64,000 nt of DNA, taken from assembly GCA_013178005.1 (NCBI GenBank), contig JABLXL010000005.1, positions 1,544 to 65,543 of the forward strand, given 5' to 3'. Source of the stretch: Actinomycetota bacterium. GTDB taxonomy: Bacteria; Actinomycetota; Geothermincolia; Geothermincolales; RBG-13-55-18. Positions 39,232 through 47,913 of the stretch are shown piece after piece (the first letter of the stretch is position 1; each line of letters begins with the position of its first letter). Both the position numbers and the translations under genes were made by a program. Below the pieces are notes generated by a model. The model worked only from the letters and a program-made list of their open reading frames with translations, made no database searches and was not told the DNA's origin.

Positions 39232-39592
39232 ATCATGGTCCTCTTTGGTTTTCCCTTCTCCCCTGATCCTTAGCCTTTGCTCATCGATACGATCGCCTCT
39301 ACGAACTTTTTAAGGCCTTGAGCCGAATATAACTCTATGCTATTTCCCGTTTTCTTCCAGGGCAATCGCCTCTACGAACTTTCATGAGGCCTTGAGCCTG
39401 TTAATATCGCTTTCCTCCACCTTGGCGATTGCCACCTCTCTGATCGGCCCAGATGGGTCACCGCGTCAACCTCTCCGGGTTCCAGCGCATGTCAAGAACC
39501 GTGTCCGGTCCAACCCAATCCGCGGACATCGCGCATAGCGCTTTCGTGCAATCGTTTTGTGGAACGATTACACGGGCGTTTCCCTGGCGCCA

Positions 39593-39814
39593 TCATCTCC
39601 TCCGGCCCTTTGCGTGGCGTGAGCCTTTATTGCCCTGCTCTCCGGCTGCGCCGGATTTAACCCACGCGTCCACTTCTTTCTTATCGAACTTCCATAGCCG
39701 GCCGATTTTATGGCCTGGCATCCGCCGCTCACTGATCCATTTATAGACCGTATCCCGCTTGACTCCGAGATGTTCAGCGATCTCGTCAACCGATAGCCAT
39801 CGGCCCTCCATCAT
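39593..39814 (-). CDS. excisionase / AlpA-family HTH DNA-binding protein (HTH_17)
   Basis: LSVDEIAEHLGVKRDTVYKWISERRMPGHKIGRLWKFDKKEVDAWV is a classic Xis/AlpA fold signature. Confidence 0.7.
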   Translation of the reverse strand: MMEGRWLSVDEIAEHLGVKRDTVYKWISERRMPGHKIGRLWKFDKKEVDAWVKSGAAGEQGNKGSRHAKGRRR

Positions 39815-40042
39815 TCGACCTCGCTCACTATCGCCTTCACCGTATGGCCTCCAACATCTTCTTCATCTTGGTTGATCGGTGCCCCGCGCTGCAATCCTTG
39901 CCGTCATCGTACCGAAATAACATAGCTTGCAAATCTACAATATATTGGTTTGAAGCCTAATGTCAAATTGTTTGTCCCTGTATTTTACCATTCTTTACGA
40001 ATATAACCGAAGTAATCATGGAATGACGGCCATTGCCTCATG

Positions 40043-40360
40043 CCCGGGACGGATTTCCGAGCTCCCGGCCATGGCGGGGAGTTGACCCCTTCGGCTTCCT
40101 CCCTCGCCCACCCCGGTCAGGTCATAGGGCAGAAACTGACAGCATGGAAGGAAAGCCATTACATCCTGCTTGGAACTGATTTCCAGCCCACTGGCTGCGG
40201 GTTTGATCGACCCTTCGGCCGTATCCGTTATCCGCCCGGGCCGGCGGGCAAGAGCTGAAAACATGGGAAGGGCGGCCCTTGTTTCCTGACTGGAACAGAT
40301 TCCCAACTCCCGGCTCCGGGCTTAATCGATCCCTCGGCCGTATCCGTCATCCGCCTGGGC
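40043..40360. repeat. right-hand set of tandem ~110-125-bp structured sub-repeats immediately downstream of nadE
   Basis: Units share ...ATCGA-CC-TCGGCCGTATCCGT-ATCCGCC-GGGCCGGGC-GGCGGGC. One unit carries the AAGAGCTGAAAACATGGGAAGGGCGGCCCTTGTTTC hairpin tail. Confidence 0.75.
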
Positions 40361-42125
40361 CGGGCCGGCGGGCGGAGATGGGGAGCCTCCAGTCGCGGCC
40401 GAAGGCGCGGGGGGTGATCTTTATCCCCACCGGGGCCTGGCGGCGCTTGTACTCGTTTGCGTCCACGCGCCGTACCACCTCCTCCACCAGCGCGCGATCA
40501 TGCCCCATGGCGACCATCTCCTCCACCGTAAGGCCGTTCTCGATGTATCCCTCGAGAACGGGATCCAGGAGCTCGTAAGGCGGCAGGGAATCGGTGTCCC
40601 TCTGGCCCTCGCGCAGCTCCGCCGACGGCTCCCTGGAGATGACCGCCTCCGGTATGATTTCCCCGCCCTCCCGCTCGTTGATATAGCCGGCAAGCCGGTA
40701 CACCTCCTTCTTCAGGAGGTCCTTGATCACCGCGAACCCCCCGGCCATGTCGCCGTACAAAGTGCAATACCCCATGGAAAGCTCGCTTTTGTTGCCGGTG
40801 GCCAGCACCAGCCAGCCCCGGCTGTTGGAGACGTTCATGAGCAGGTTGCCCCGGATGCGCGCCTGCAGGTTCTCCATGGCCAGCGATCCGCCAGGACCCT
40901 TCAATGAGGAGCCGGCGGCACCCGCGTAACCTTCCATTATCGCATCGATCTCGAAGACCTCGAGAGAAATCCCTAGGTTACGAGCCAGCGCCTCCGCGAT
41001 CTCGCGGGATAGCTCCGAGGTGAACCTGGAGGGCATGAAGACGGCGTGCACTCTCTCCGGCCCCAGCGCCATGGCGGCTAGGGCGGCGGTGAGGGCGGAG
41101 TCCACGCCTCCCGATAGCCCCAGGACCACGTCGGTGAACCCGTTCTTGCGCACGTAGTCGCGCAACCCGAGCAGCAGCGCCTGGTATATCTCCTCCTCCT
41201 CCTCCCTTTCATGTGTTTCCCCGTACTGCTGTATATTGATGTTAAGGGTCGGGCGCTCTCCCGTGGACGGACCCCGTTGTCCACCCAGATCGACGACCCG
41301 CGTTGGTTCCGGGAGGGCGCCCTTCCTTGCGTACCTGTGCAGTGGCTTGGACATCCTCTCCGCCCATATCCCGGTCAGGTCCAGGTCGCACACCAGGAGG
41401 TGCTCGCGGAAGCGCGGGGAACAAGCGAGTTTTCCCGCCCTCGGATGCACGATCATGGAGCCGCCGTCCAGCACCAGCTCGTCCTGCCCGCCCACGCAGT
41501 TCACATAGGCGACGACCGCGAGGGAGTCGGCGGCCCTGGATTCCACGAGACGCTCGCGTATCCCCTGCTTGCCCCGGTGATACGGCGACGCGGAGATGTT
41601 GACCACCACCTCCGCTCCCCCGTACGCCACCTCCCGCTCCAGCGGACCCCCGGGGTACCAGATGTCCTCGCAGACGGTGATCCCCACGCGCACCCCGGCG
41701 ATGATGGCCACCAGGCCTTCACTCCCGGGCGCGAAGTAACGGTTCTCGTCGAAGACGCCGTAGTTGGGCAGGAAGCGTTTGCGGTAGGTGGCCACCACCT
41801 CTCCGCGGTGGACGAGTGCCGCGGCGTTGAACAAGTCCTCCGCTAGCTCGGGTGTCCCCACCACCATGGGCGTGTCTCCCACCTGACAAGCGAGATCGGC
41901 CAGCGCTGTCCGGCAGTCCTCGAGGAAGTCGCGCTTGAGCAACAGGTCCTCGGGTGGATAACCGCACAGGGCGAGTTCCGGAAAGCACACCAGGTCCGCC
42001 CCCATTCCCTCCGCCTCGCGCAGCGCCTCCAGGATACGCGCGCAGTTCCCACGGAAATCTCCCACCGTGGTGTTCACCTGCGCCAGGGCGATCCTCATCC
42101 CACAGTCACCCGCTTTCGAGGTCAT
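40347..42125 (-). CDS. nadE: glutamine-dependent NAD+ synthetase NadE (N-terminal CN-hydrolase/glutaminase domain plus NAD synthetase domain)
   Basis: Nitrilase-family domain (catalytic E-K-C context ...VCFPELAL...), then the PP-loop SGGVDS of NAD synthetase. An alternative start is at 42098. Confidence 0.85.
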   Translation of the reverse strand: MTSKAGDCGMRIALAQVNTTVGDFRGNCARILEALREAEGMGADLVCFPELALCGYPPEDLLLKRDFLEDCRTALADLACQVGDTPMVVGTPELAEDLFNAAALVHRGEVVATYRKRFLPNYGVFDENRYFAPGSEGLVAIIAGVRVGITVCEDIWYPGGPLEREVAYGGAEVVVNISASPYHRGKQGIRERLVESRAADSLAVVAYVNCVGGQDELVLDGGSMIVHPRAGKLACSPRFREHLLVCDLDLTGIWAERMSKPLHRYARKGALPEPTRVVDLGGQRGPSTGERPTLNINIQQYGETHEREEEEEIYQALLLGLRDYVRKNGFTDVVLGLSGGVDSALTAALAAMALGPERVHAVFMPSRFTSELSREIAEALARNLGISLEVFEIDAIMEGYAGAAGSSLKGPGGSLAMENLQARIRGNLLMNVSNSRGWLVLATGNKSELSMGYCTLYGDMAGGFAVIKDLLKKEVYRLAGYINEREGGEIIPEAVISREPSAELREGQRDTDSLPPYELLDPVLEGYIENGLTVEEMVAMGHDRALVEEVVRRVDANEYKRRQAPVGIKITPRAFGRDWRLPISARRPGPGG

Positions 42126-42369
42126 GCCCAGGATCCCGGCTCAGACGCCCGTCAACGGTATCCGCTTCGGGACCCTCGATCCAGCCTCCGCCATACCTAT
42201 AAGACGGGGAGGTGGTTGGCCAGTTCCCATTCCGCGACTGGGCGCGGCAGCGCTCCCGGTCGCGTATTCCCGCCGTCAGCCGGCCTTGGGGGCCGGGTCT
42301 TGGCACCCCTGTTCGATGCCGGTTTGCCCGCCGGCGCCGCGCCGGCCCTTGACCCGGCCCCCGCCATCC

Positions 42370-43698
42370 TTAAAGGACGGGCAGGTAGTTGCCCAGCTCC
42401 CACTCCGTGACCTGGGCGCGGTAGCGCTCCCACTCGATCTTCTTGTTCTCGATCAGCGAATCGAACACCGCGTCGCCCAGGGTCCTGCGCAAGAGCTCGC
42501 TCTTCTCCGCCAGCTGGATGGCCTCCCAGAGGTCCTCGGGAAGCTGCCCGATGCCCAGCTCCTCGCGTTCGGCGGCGCTCATCTCGTAGACGTTGCGCTC
42601 CACGGAATCGGCGAGCTCGTATTCCTTCTCGATGCCCTCCAGCCCCGCCGCCAGCATGCAGGCGAAGGCGAGGTAGGGGTTACAGGCGGGATCCGGGGAG
42701 CGGAACTCGATGCGCGTGGCCTTCTCCTTGCCCGGCTTGTACTCCGGAACGCGGATGAGGTCGGAGCGGTTGCGCACCGCCCAGGTCAGGTACACCGGCG
42801 CCTCGTAGCCGGGGACCAGGCGCTTGTAGGAGTTCACCCACTGGTTGCACACCAGGGTTATCTCCGGGGCGTGGCGCAGCAGCCCGGCGATGAAGCGCTT
42901 GGCGGTGACGGAGAGGTGGTGCTTGTCGTCGGGGTCGTAGAAGGCGTTGCGGTCGCCCTTGAAGAGGGACATGTGGGTGTGCATGCCGCTGCCGTTCTCG
43001 CCGAAGAGGGGCTTGGGCATGAAGGTGGCGTAAACCCCGTTGAGGAGGGCGATCTCCTTCACCACCAGGCGGAAGGTCATGGCGTTGTCGGCCATGGTAA
43101 GGGCGTCGGCGTAGCGCATGTCGATCTCGTGCTGGCTGGGGCCCACCTCGTGATGGCTGTACTCCACGCCGATGCCCAGCTCCTCGAGGGCGATGACGGT
43201 GTCGCGGCGCAGGTCGCTCGCGACATCGAGCGGCGTGAGGTCGAAGTAGCCGCCACGGTCAAGTATCTCCGTGGCCTCCGGGCTCTTGAAGTAGAAGTAT
43301 TCCAGCTCCGGCCCCACGTAGAAGGTGTAGCCCATCTCCGCCGCCCGGGCCAGGTTGCGCTTGAGGATGTAGCGGGGGTCCTTCTCGTAGGGCTCGCCAC
43401 CCGGCTTGAGCACGTCGCAGAACATCCTGCCCACGGCGTTGTGCTCGCGCGGCCGCCAGGGCAGGATGGCGAAGGTGCTGGGGTCGGGCATGGCGATCAT
43501 GTCGCTCTCGTCGATGCGCGCGTAGCCCTCGATGGAGGACCCGTCGAAGCCCATCCCGTCCTCCAAGGCCTCCTCCAGTTCCCCGATGGTGATGGCGAAG
43601 CTCTTGAGGAACCCGAGGATGTCGGTGAACCACAGCCGGATGAAGCGAACGTCGTTCTCGCGCGCCGTCTTGATCACGTACTCCTTGTCCTTGCTCAT
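42370..43698 (-). CDS. glnA: glutamine synthetase type I
   Basis: GS catalytic motifs (GSSIEG, KPLFGENGSGMHTH, NPY) across 442 aa. Confidence 0.9.
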   Translation of the reverse strand: MSKDKEYVIKTARENDVRFIRLWFTDILGFLKSFAITIGELEEALEDGMGFDGSSIEGYARIDESDMIAMPDPSTFAILPWRPREHNAVGRMFCDVLKPGGEPYEKDPRYILKRNLARAAEMGYTFYVGPELEYFYFKSPEATEILDRGGYFDLTPLDVASDLRRDTVIALEELGIGVEYSHHEVGPSQHEIDMRYADALTMADNAMTFRLVVKEIALLNGVYATFMPKPLFGENGSGMHTHMSLFKGDRNAFYDPDDKHHLSVTAKRFIAGLLRHAPEITLVCNQWVNSYKRLVPGYEAPVYLTWAVRNRSDLIRVPEYKPGKEKATRIEFRSPDPACNPYLAFACMLAAGLEGIEKEYELADSVERNVYEMSAAEREELGIGQLPEDLWEAIQLAEKSELLRRTLGDAVFDSLIENKKIEWERYRAQVTEWELGNYLPVL

Positions 43699-43809
43699 CT
43701 TTTGCTCCTTTCTCCCGCAAACCCGTTCACGGGTTCCGTTTCCCTGACTCCTGGATAAGATTCTCCCCTACCCGTGTTTCCATCCCTTTTCCGCACTGTT
43801 AAATCCTTG

Positions 43810-44148
43810 TTAAATGGCGTTGAAGCCGGACTCGCCGGTGCGGATGCGCACGGCGTTCTCCACCTCGTAGACGAAGATCTTGCCGTCGCCGATGTTGCCG
43901 GTGCGCGCCGCCCGGGTCACCGCCGCCAGCACCTTGGGTAGGTCCTCGTCCAGCACCACCGCCTCCAGCTTGAGCTTGGGCAGGAACTCCACGCGGTACT
44001 CCGCCCCCCTCCACATGTGGGTCACGCCCTTCTGCTTGCCGTGCCCCTTGACCTCGGTGATGGTCACGCCGGGGTAGCCCAGGGCGCGCAGCTCGTTCAT
44101 CACCGGCTCCAGGCGCTCCGGCCTGATGATGGCCTCGATCTTTTTCAT
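43810..44148 (-). CDS. glnK: nitrogen regulatory protein P-II (GlnK/GlnB)
   Basis: 112-aa PII signature (MKKIEAIIRPERL...T-loop RGAEYRV...). Immediately downstream of amtB, as expected for GlnK. Confidence 0.9.
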   Translation of the reverse strand: MKKIEAIIRPERLEPVMNELRALGYPGVTITEVKGHGKQKGVTHMWRGAEYRVEFLPKLKLEAVVLDEDLPKVLAAVTRAARTGNIGDGKIFVYEVENAVRIRTGESGFNAI

Positions 44149-44154
44149 GCTCCA

Positions 44155-45711
44155 TCACCCCCTCGCCGCGGCGATGTCCCCGCCGGCGCTCGCCACCGGC
44201 TCCGGCACCGGGAGGCTGATGCGGCTATCGTCGGTGTACGCGCTGACGCCCATCTCGTGCGCGTCCAGGCCGTCCACCTCCTCCTGGGGCGACACCCTGA
44301 TACCCTGCCACCGGTCCTGCAGTCGGAAGAAGAGGTAGGAGAGGCCGAACACGAAGGCCACGCAGGCAATCGCGCCGATGGCCTGCGCCGCCAGCTGCCC
44401 GGCGTCCCCGAAGAAAAGCCCCCGCACGGCTCCTTCGACGCCGTTGAGGCCGGCGCCATAGGTCCCGTCGGCGAACAGGCCCAGGGAGAGGACGCCCCAC
44501 AGGCCGTTCATGCCATGTACCGCGACGGCTCCCACCGGGTCGTCGATGCCCCGCCTTTCCAGGGCGAAGACCCCCACGCAGACCAGCACGCCGGCCACCG
44601 CCCCGATGATCAGCGACGCCCAGGAGGGCACGAAGGCGCAGGGGGCGGTCACTGCCACCAGGCCCGCCAGCATGCCGTTGGCGGTCATGGACGGGTCGGG
44701 CTTGCCGCATTTCCTCCACATGAAGAACATGGCGGCCAGGCATCCCGCGCACGCGGCCAGGAGCGTGTTCACCGCCACCACCGCCAGCCGCAGGTCGTTG
44801 CCGGAAAGCGTGCTGCCGGCATTGAACCCGAACCAGCCGAAGACGAGGATTATCACCCCGATTATGGCCATGGGCACGTTGTGGCCGGGGATGGCCCGCG
44901 GCTTGCCATCTCGGTCGAAGCGGCCGATGCGCGGCCCGATGACTATGGCGCCGGCCAGGGCGCAGATGCCGCCCACGGCGTGCACCACCGACGAGCCCGC
45001 GAAATCCACGAAGCCGTGGCCGAGGCCCAGGTTGGAGCCGAGCTGGGAAAGCCAGCCGCCGCCCCATACCCAGTGCCCGAACACGGGATAGAGGACCATG
45101 GACATGAAGAAACCGTAAACGACGAACGCCTTGAACTTCCACCTCTCGGCCATGGCCCCGGTGACGATGGTTGCGGCGGTGTCCATGAAGACCACCTGGA
45201 AGAGGAAGAAGAGGAACACCCCCACGTCGTACACGCCGCTCCCCGAGAGGGCGAACCCCTTGAGGCCCAGGATGGACCAGCCGCGGGCCACCTCCAGCTT
45301 GGCGTTGAGGATCTCCGCACCGCCCAGGGTGGCGAGTGCGCCCACCCCGCCGAACATCAGGGCGTAGCCCACCAGGAAATACCCCAGGGTGCCGATGGCG
45401 AAGATGGTGAAGTTGGTCATCATCACGTGCACGGCGTTGCGCTCCTGGGTGAACCCCGTCTCCACCATGGCGAAGCCGGCCTGCATGAAGAAGACGAGGA
45501 TGGCCCCCAGGAAGACCCAGATGAAATTAAGGGCTATCTTGCCGTGGCCGACTTCCTCGGAAAGCTCCCCCGCCAGGTCCTGCGAACCGCCCGTCTGCTC
45601 TCCCGTGGCGTCGGCCCTGGCCTTCCCCCCTCCGCCCGCCAGCGCGAGGAGAAGGAAACACAGCAGCACCCCTACGACCAGCGGTCCCCAACGGCGTAGA
45701 GCGATGACCAT
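44155..45711 (-). CDS. amtB: ammonium transporter Amt, with an N-terminal signal or extension
   Basis: Amt/MEP family signatures (DFAGG, twin-His region) and 11 TM helices. Start placed at the ATG with an AAAGGAGG RBS. Confidence 0.85.
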   Translation of the reverse strand: MVIALRRWGPLVVGVLLCFLLLALAGGGGKARADATGEQTGGSQDLAGELSEEVGHGKIALNFIWVFLGAILVFFMQAGFAMVETGFTQERNAVHVMMTNFTIFAIGTLGYFLVGYALMFGGVGALATLGGAEILNAKLEVARGWSILGLKGFALSGSGVYDVGVFLFFLFQVVFMDTAATIVTGAMAERWKFKAFVVYGFFMSMVLYPVFGHWVWGGGWLSQLGSNLGLGHGFVDFAGSSVVHAVGGICALAGAIVIGPRIGRFDRDGKPRAIPGHNVPMAIIGVIILVFGWFGFNAGSTLSGNDLRLAVVAVNTLLAACAGCLAAMFFMWRKCGKPDPSMTANGMLAGLVAVTAPCAFVPSWASLIIGAVAGVLVCVGVFALERRGIDDPVGAVAVHGMNGLWGVLSLGLFADGTYGAGLNGVEGAVRGLFFGDAGQLAAQAIGAIACVAFVFGLSYLFFRLQDRWQGIRVSPQEEVDGLDAHEMGVSAYTDDSRISLPVPEPVASAGGDIAAARG

Positions 45712-45904
45712 GACCGGACCTCCTTTCTCGCTCGGGTCGTCTCCTGCCAACCAAGTCTAAGGGCCGCTTTTTTCGGGGGTTTTTCACGTGCGTTAAGGTT
45801 TCGTGATCTTCTCGTTTCGAAAAAGTTAAACGCGGCGCCATCTGCTCACGAGCAACAGGCGGCCGGGGGTTTTTCCCCGCGGAGAGGCGGGCGCCAGTGT
45901 GATG

Positions 45905-46012
45905 AACCCGTTACGGGGTAGGCTTCAACGCGCAAAGACCCGTCGTCCCGTTACCGCGCCCTGGACATCGCACGAATCCGTTAACGGGGCCGGCGCCAAC
46001 GCGCAAAACGCC
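45905..46012. promoter_or_regulatory. three CCGTTA(A)C boxes, two of them within ~30-bp direct repeats (CCGTTACGGGGTAGGCTTCAACGCGCAAAG / CCGTTAACGGGGCCGGCGCCAACGCGCAAAAC) upstream of amtB
   Basis: Repeats seen directly, 200-300 bp upstream of the amtB start. Candidate nitrogen-regulator binding sites. Confidence 0.4.
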
Positions 46013-46069
46013 TGGGGGTTTTATACCATGAGGAGGGATTGTCGCATGGGACGGGCGCAGCCTGGACTT

Positions 46070-46729
46070 TCAATCCGGGGACACATGCTCGAAGATGTAG
46101 CCCACGCCGCGCACGGTGCGGATATAGGTATGGCCCTCCCGCTCGATCTTGGCGCGTATGCGGCGCACGTGCACATCTACGGTGCGGGAGCCTCCGAAGT
46201 AATCGTATCCCCAGACCTGCTCCAGGAGCATCTCGCGGGTGAACACCTTCCCCGGCCGGGAGGCGAGGAAATGCAGGAGCTCGAATTCCTTGAAGGTGAG
46301 CTCCACCCGCCTTCCCCCCACCCTCACCTCATAACGGTCCTCGTCTATCTCCAACTCCCCGGATCCCACGAGGGCTCGCACGGTTTCATCCCCACCCACC
46401 ATGCGGCGGATCCTTGCCCTTATCTCCTCCGCCGTCCCGTTATCGGCGACGAAGTCGTCTATATCCACGGCGCCGTCGAGGGTCCTTATCTGCTCGAAGC
46501 GCAGCACGGCGACCAGCCGCGCGCCTTCCGCCAGATCTCGCCGCAAGCCGCTCAAGAAGCCACGCCACTCCGCGCCCATCCCCGCGCAATCCGCCAGCAC
46601 CACATCACCGGGTGCCGTATTCGCGCTCCCATGCGGGGGAAAAGCCTCCACCGAGAAGCTTTCCTCCAGCACGCCCCGGAAGAATTCCCCACGTTCCCGG
46701 TCACAATGAAGAAAGACCTTGCCTGCCAT
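46070..46729 (-). CDS. OmpR/PhoB-family transcriptional regulator with an atypical receiver domain (GlnR-like)
   Basis: C-terminal winged-helix trans_reg_C (LTFKEFELLHFLASRPGKVFTREMLLEQVWGYDYF...RTVDVHVRRIRAKIE). The receiver lacks the canonical DD acidic pocket. Sits between the GOGAT genes and amtB. Confidence 0.6.
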   Translation of the reverse strand: MAGKVFLHCDRERGEFFRGVLEESFSVEAFPPHGSANTAPGDVVLADCAGMGAEWRGFLSGLRRDLAEGARLVAVLRFEQIRTLDGAVDIDDFVADNGTAEEIRARIRRMVGGDETVRALVGSGELEIDEDRYEVRVGGRRVELTFKEFELLHFLASRPGKVFTREMLLEQVWGYDYFGGSRTVDVHVRRIRAKIEREGHTYIRTVRGVGYIFEHVSPD

Positions 46730-46860
46730 TTTTCACCTGGTCGCCAAACCGGTTATCGCCTCCGACATACGTTCGCTCCGCCACAAGAGTGAAAGACCGA
46801 CCCCCCATGGGGGATCGGCATCCGTGCGCCGCTTCGCCGTTCCGGGATCCGGTGGCCTCG

Positions 46861-47658
46861 TCAGTACGCGTATAGCCCACCGAAGGGGCGGTGCGACTTG
46901 GCGTACAGCTTGATGAAGCCGGAGCCGAGTATCTCGTCGGCTTTGCCCCCGAAGTAGTTCGTGTATTCCTCCACGTGGGGCCGGATCATCTCCAGGTCGG
47001 CTTCCGAGGCCCGCTCCACCGCGGCCTCCTTTCCGAGCTGATGCTCCTCCACCTCCCCGCGCAGGAAGATGAGACCCCCGTGCATGCCGGTCCCGATATG
47101 GCGCGCCGCCAGTTTTGGTTTTCCTTTCTTTCCCAGCCCCAACACCAGCACCAGCCCGCCGGCCATGTACTCCCCCAGGAAGTCCTGGGTCTCTCCTCCG
47201 ATGACCAGAACGGGGACGTGCTTGCGGTACTCCTTCATGTGAATGGCGGCGCGGTAACCCACGCCGTCGCGTATGAAGATCTTGCCTCCCCTCATGCCCA
47301 TGGCCACGATGTCTCCCGCGCGCCCGTGGACCACGATGGTGCCGCTGTTCATGGTGTTCCCCACCCCGTCCTGGGCATTGCGGTCCACGGTGATCCTGGG
47401 CCCGTCCATGAAGGCGCCGAGGTCATTCCCGGGCACGCCGTGAACGGTGATGCGCACGGGCCTGCGTATCCCCGACCCGATGTAGCGCTGGCCGAAGACG
47501 TTCTCGAGCTCTATCTCCTCCAGGCCCTCCGCGGCCGCTCCCTTGACCATGTTGTTGAGCTCGCGGTAATGGAGCGTTCCGGCGTTTATCCTCACCTTGC
47601 CGTTCTCTCGCGCGAACACGCCCGGCAACCCGGCATGGTGGTCCACCTCGATCTTCAT
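46861..47658 (-). CDS. glutamate synthase GXGXG-domain protein (stand-alone alpha-subunit C-terminal domain, archaeal-type GltB3-like)
   Basis: Repeated GxGxG beta-helix pattern (GIRRPVRITVHGVPGNDLGAF, GTIVVHGRAGD, GGKIFIRDGVG). Confidence 0.7.
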   Translation of the reverse strand: MKIEVDHHAGLPGVFARENGKVRINAGTLHYRELNNMVKGAAAEGLEEIELENVFGQRYIGSGIRRPVRITVHGVPGNDLGAFMDGPRITVDRNAQDGVGNTMNSGTIVVHGRAGDIVAMGMRGGKIFIRDGVGYRAAIHMKEYRKHVPVLVIGGETQDFLGEYMAGGLVLVLGLGKKGKPKLAARHIGTGMHGGLIFLRGEVEEHQLGKEAAVERASEADLEMIRPHVEEYTNYFGGKADEILGSGFIKLYAKSHRPFGGLYAY

Positions 47659-47913
47659 GTCCTCATCACCCTTTTTCGCTCACGCCACCTTTTTTTGTTT
47701 TCTTCTCCGCCTATCGAGAATTTCCCTTCATATCTCTATTCTATACCCCTGTCAAACCCGCGCCCCCGGAAAGCCGTGTTCCCCCATGGAGACCATGAGC
47801 GTCAGCTATACCCCCGCCGGATGTCCCGATGCGGAGTCTTTTCCTTATGGCACTAGCCTCCCTGCTGCTATCATCTCGGCGGGAACCCACCACCTGAGGC
47901 CGGGCTCCCTTCC

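Noticed and set aside
38282-40550. Gene-3'-end duplications as diversity-generating retroelement TR/VR pairs
   Set aside because: There is no reverse transcriptase gene in the window. The mismatches between copies are not adenine-specific (G/T, C/T and block divergence).
42067-45699. Plus-strand ORFs 42067..43758 and 44017..45699 (563 and 560 aa)
   Set aside because: Antisense to glnA and amtB, which have unmistakable signatures. The products are low-complexity.
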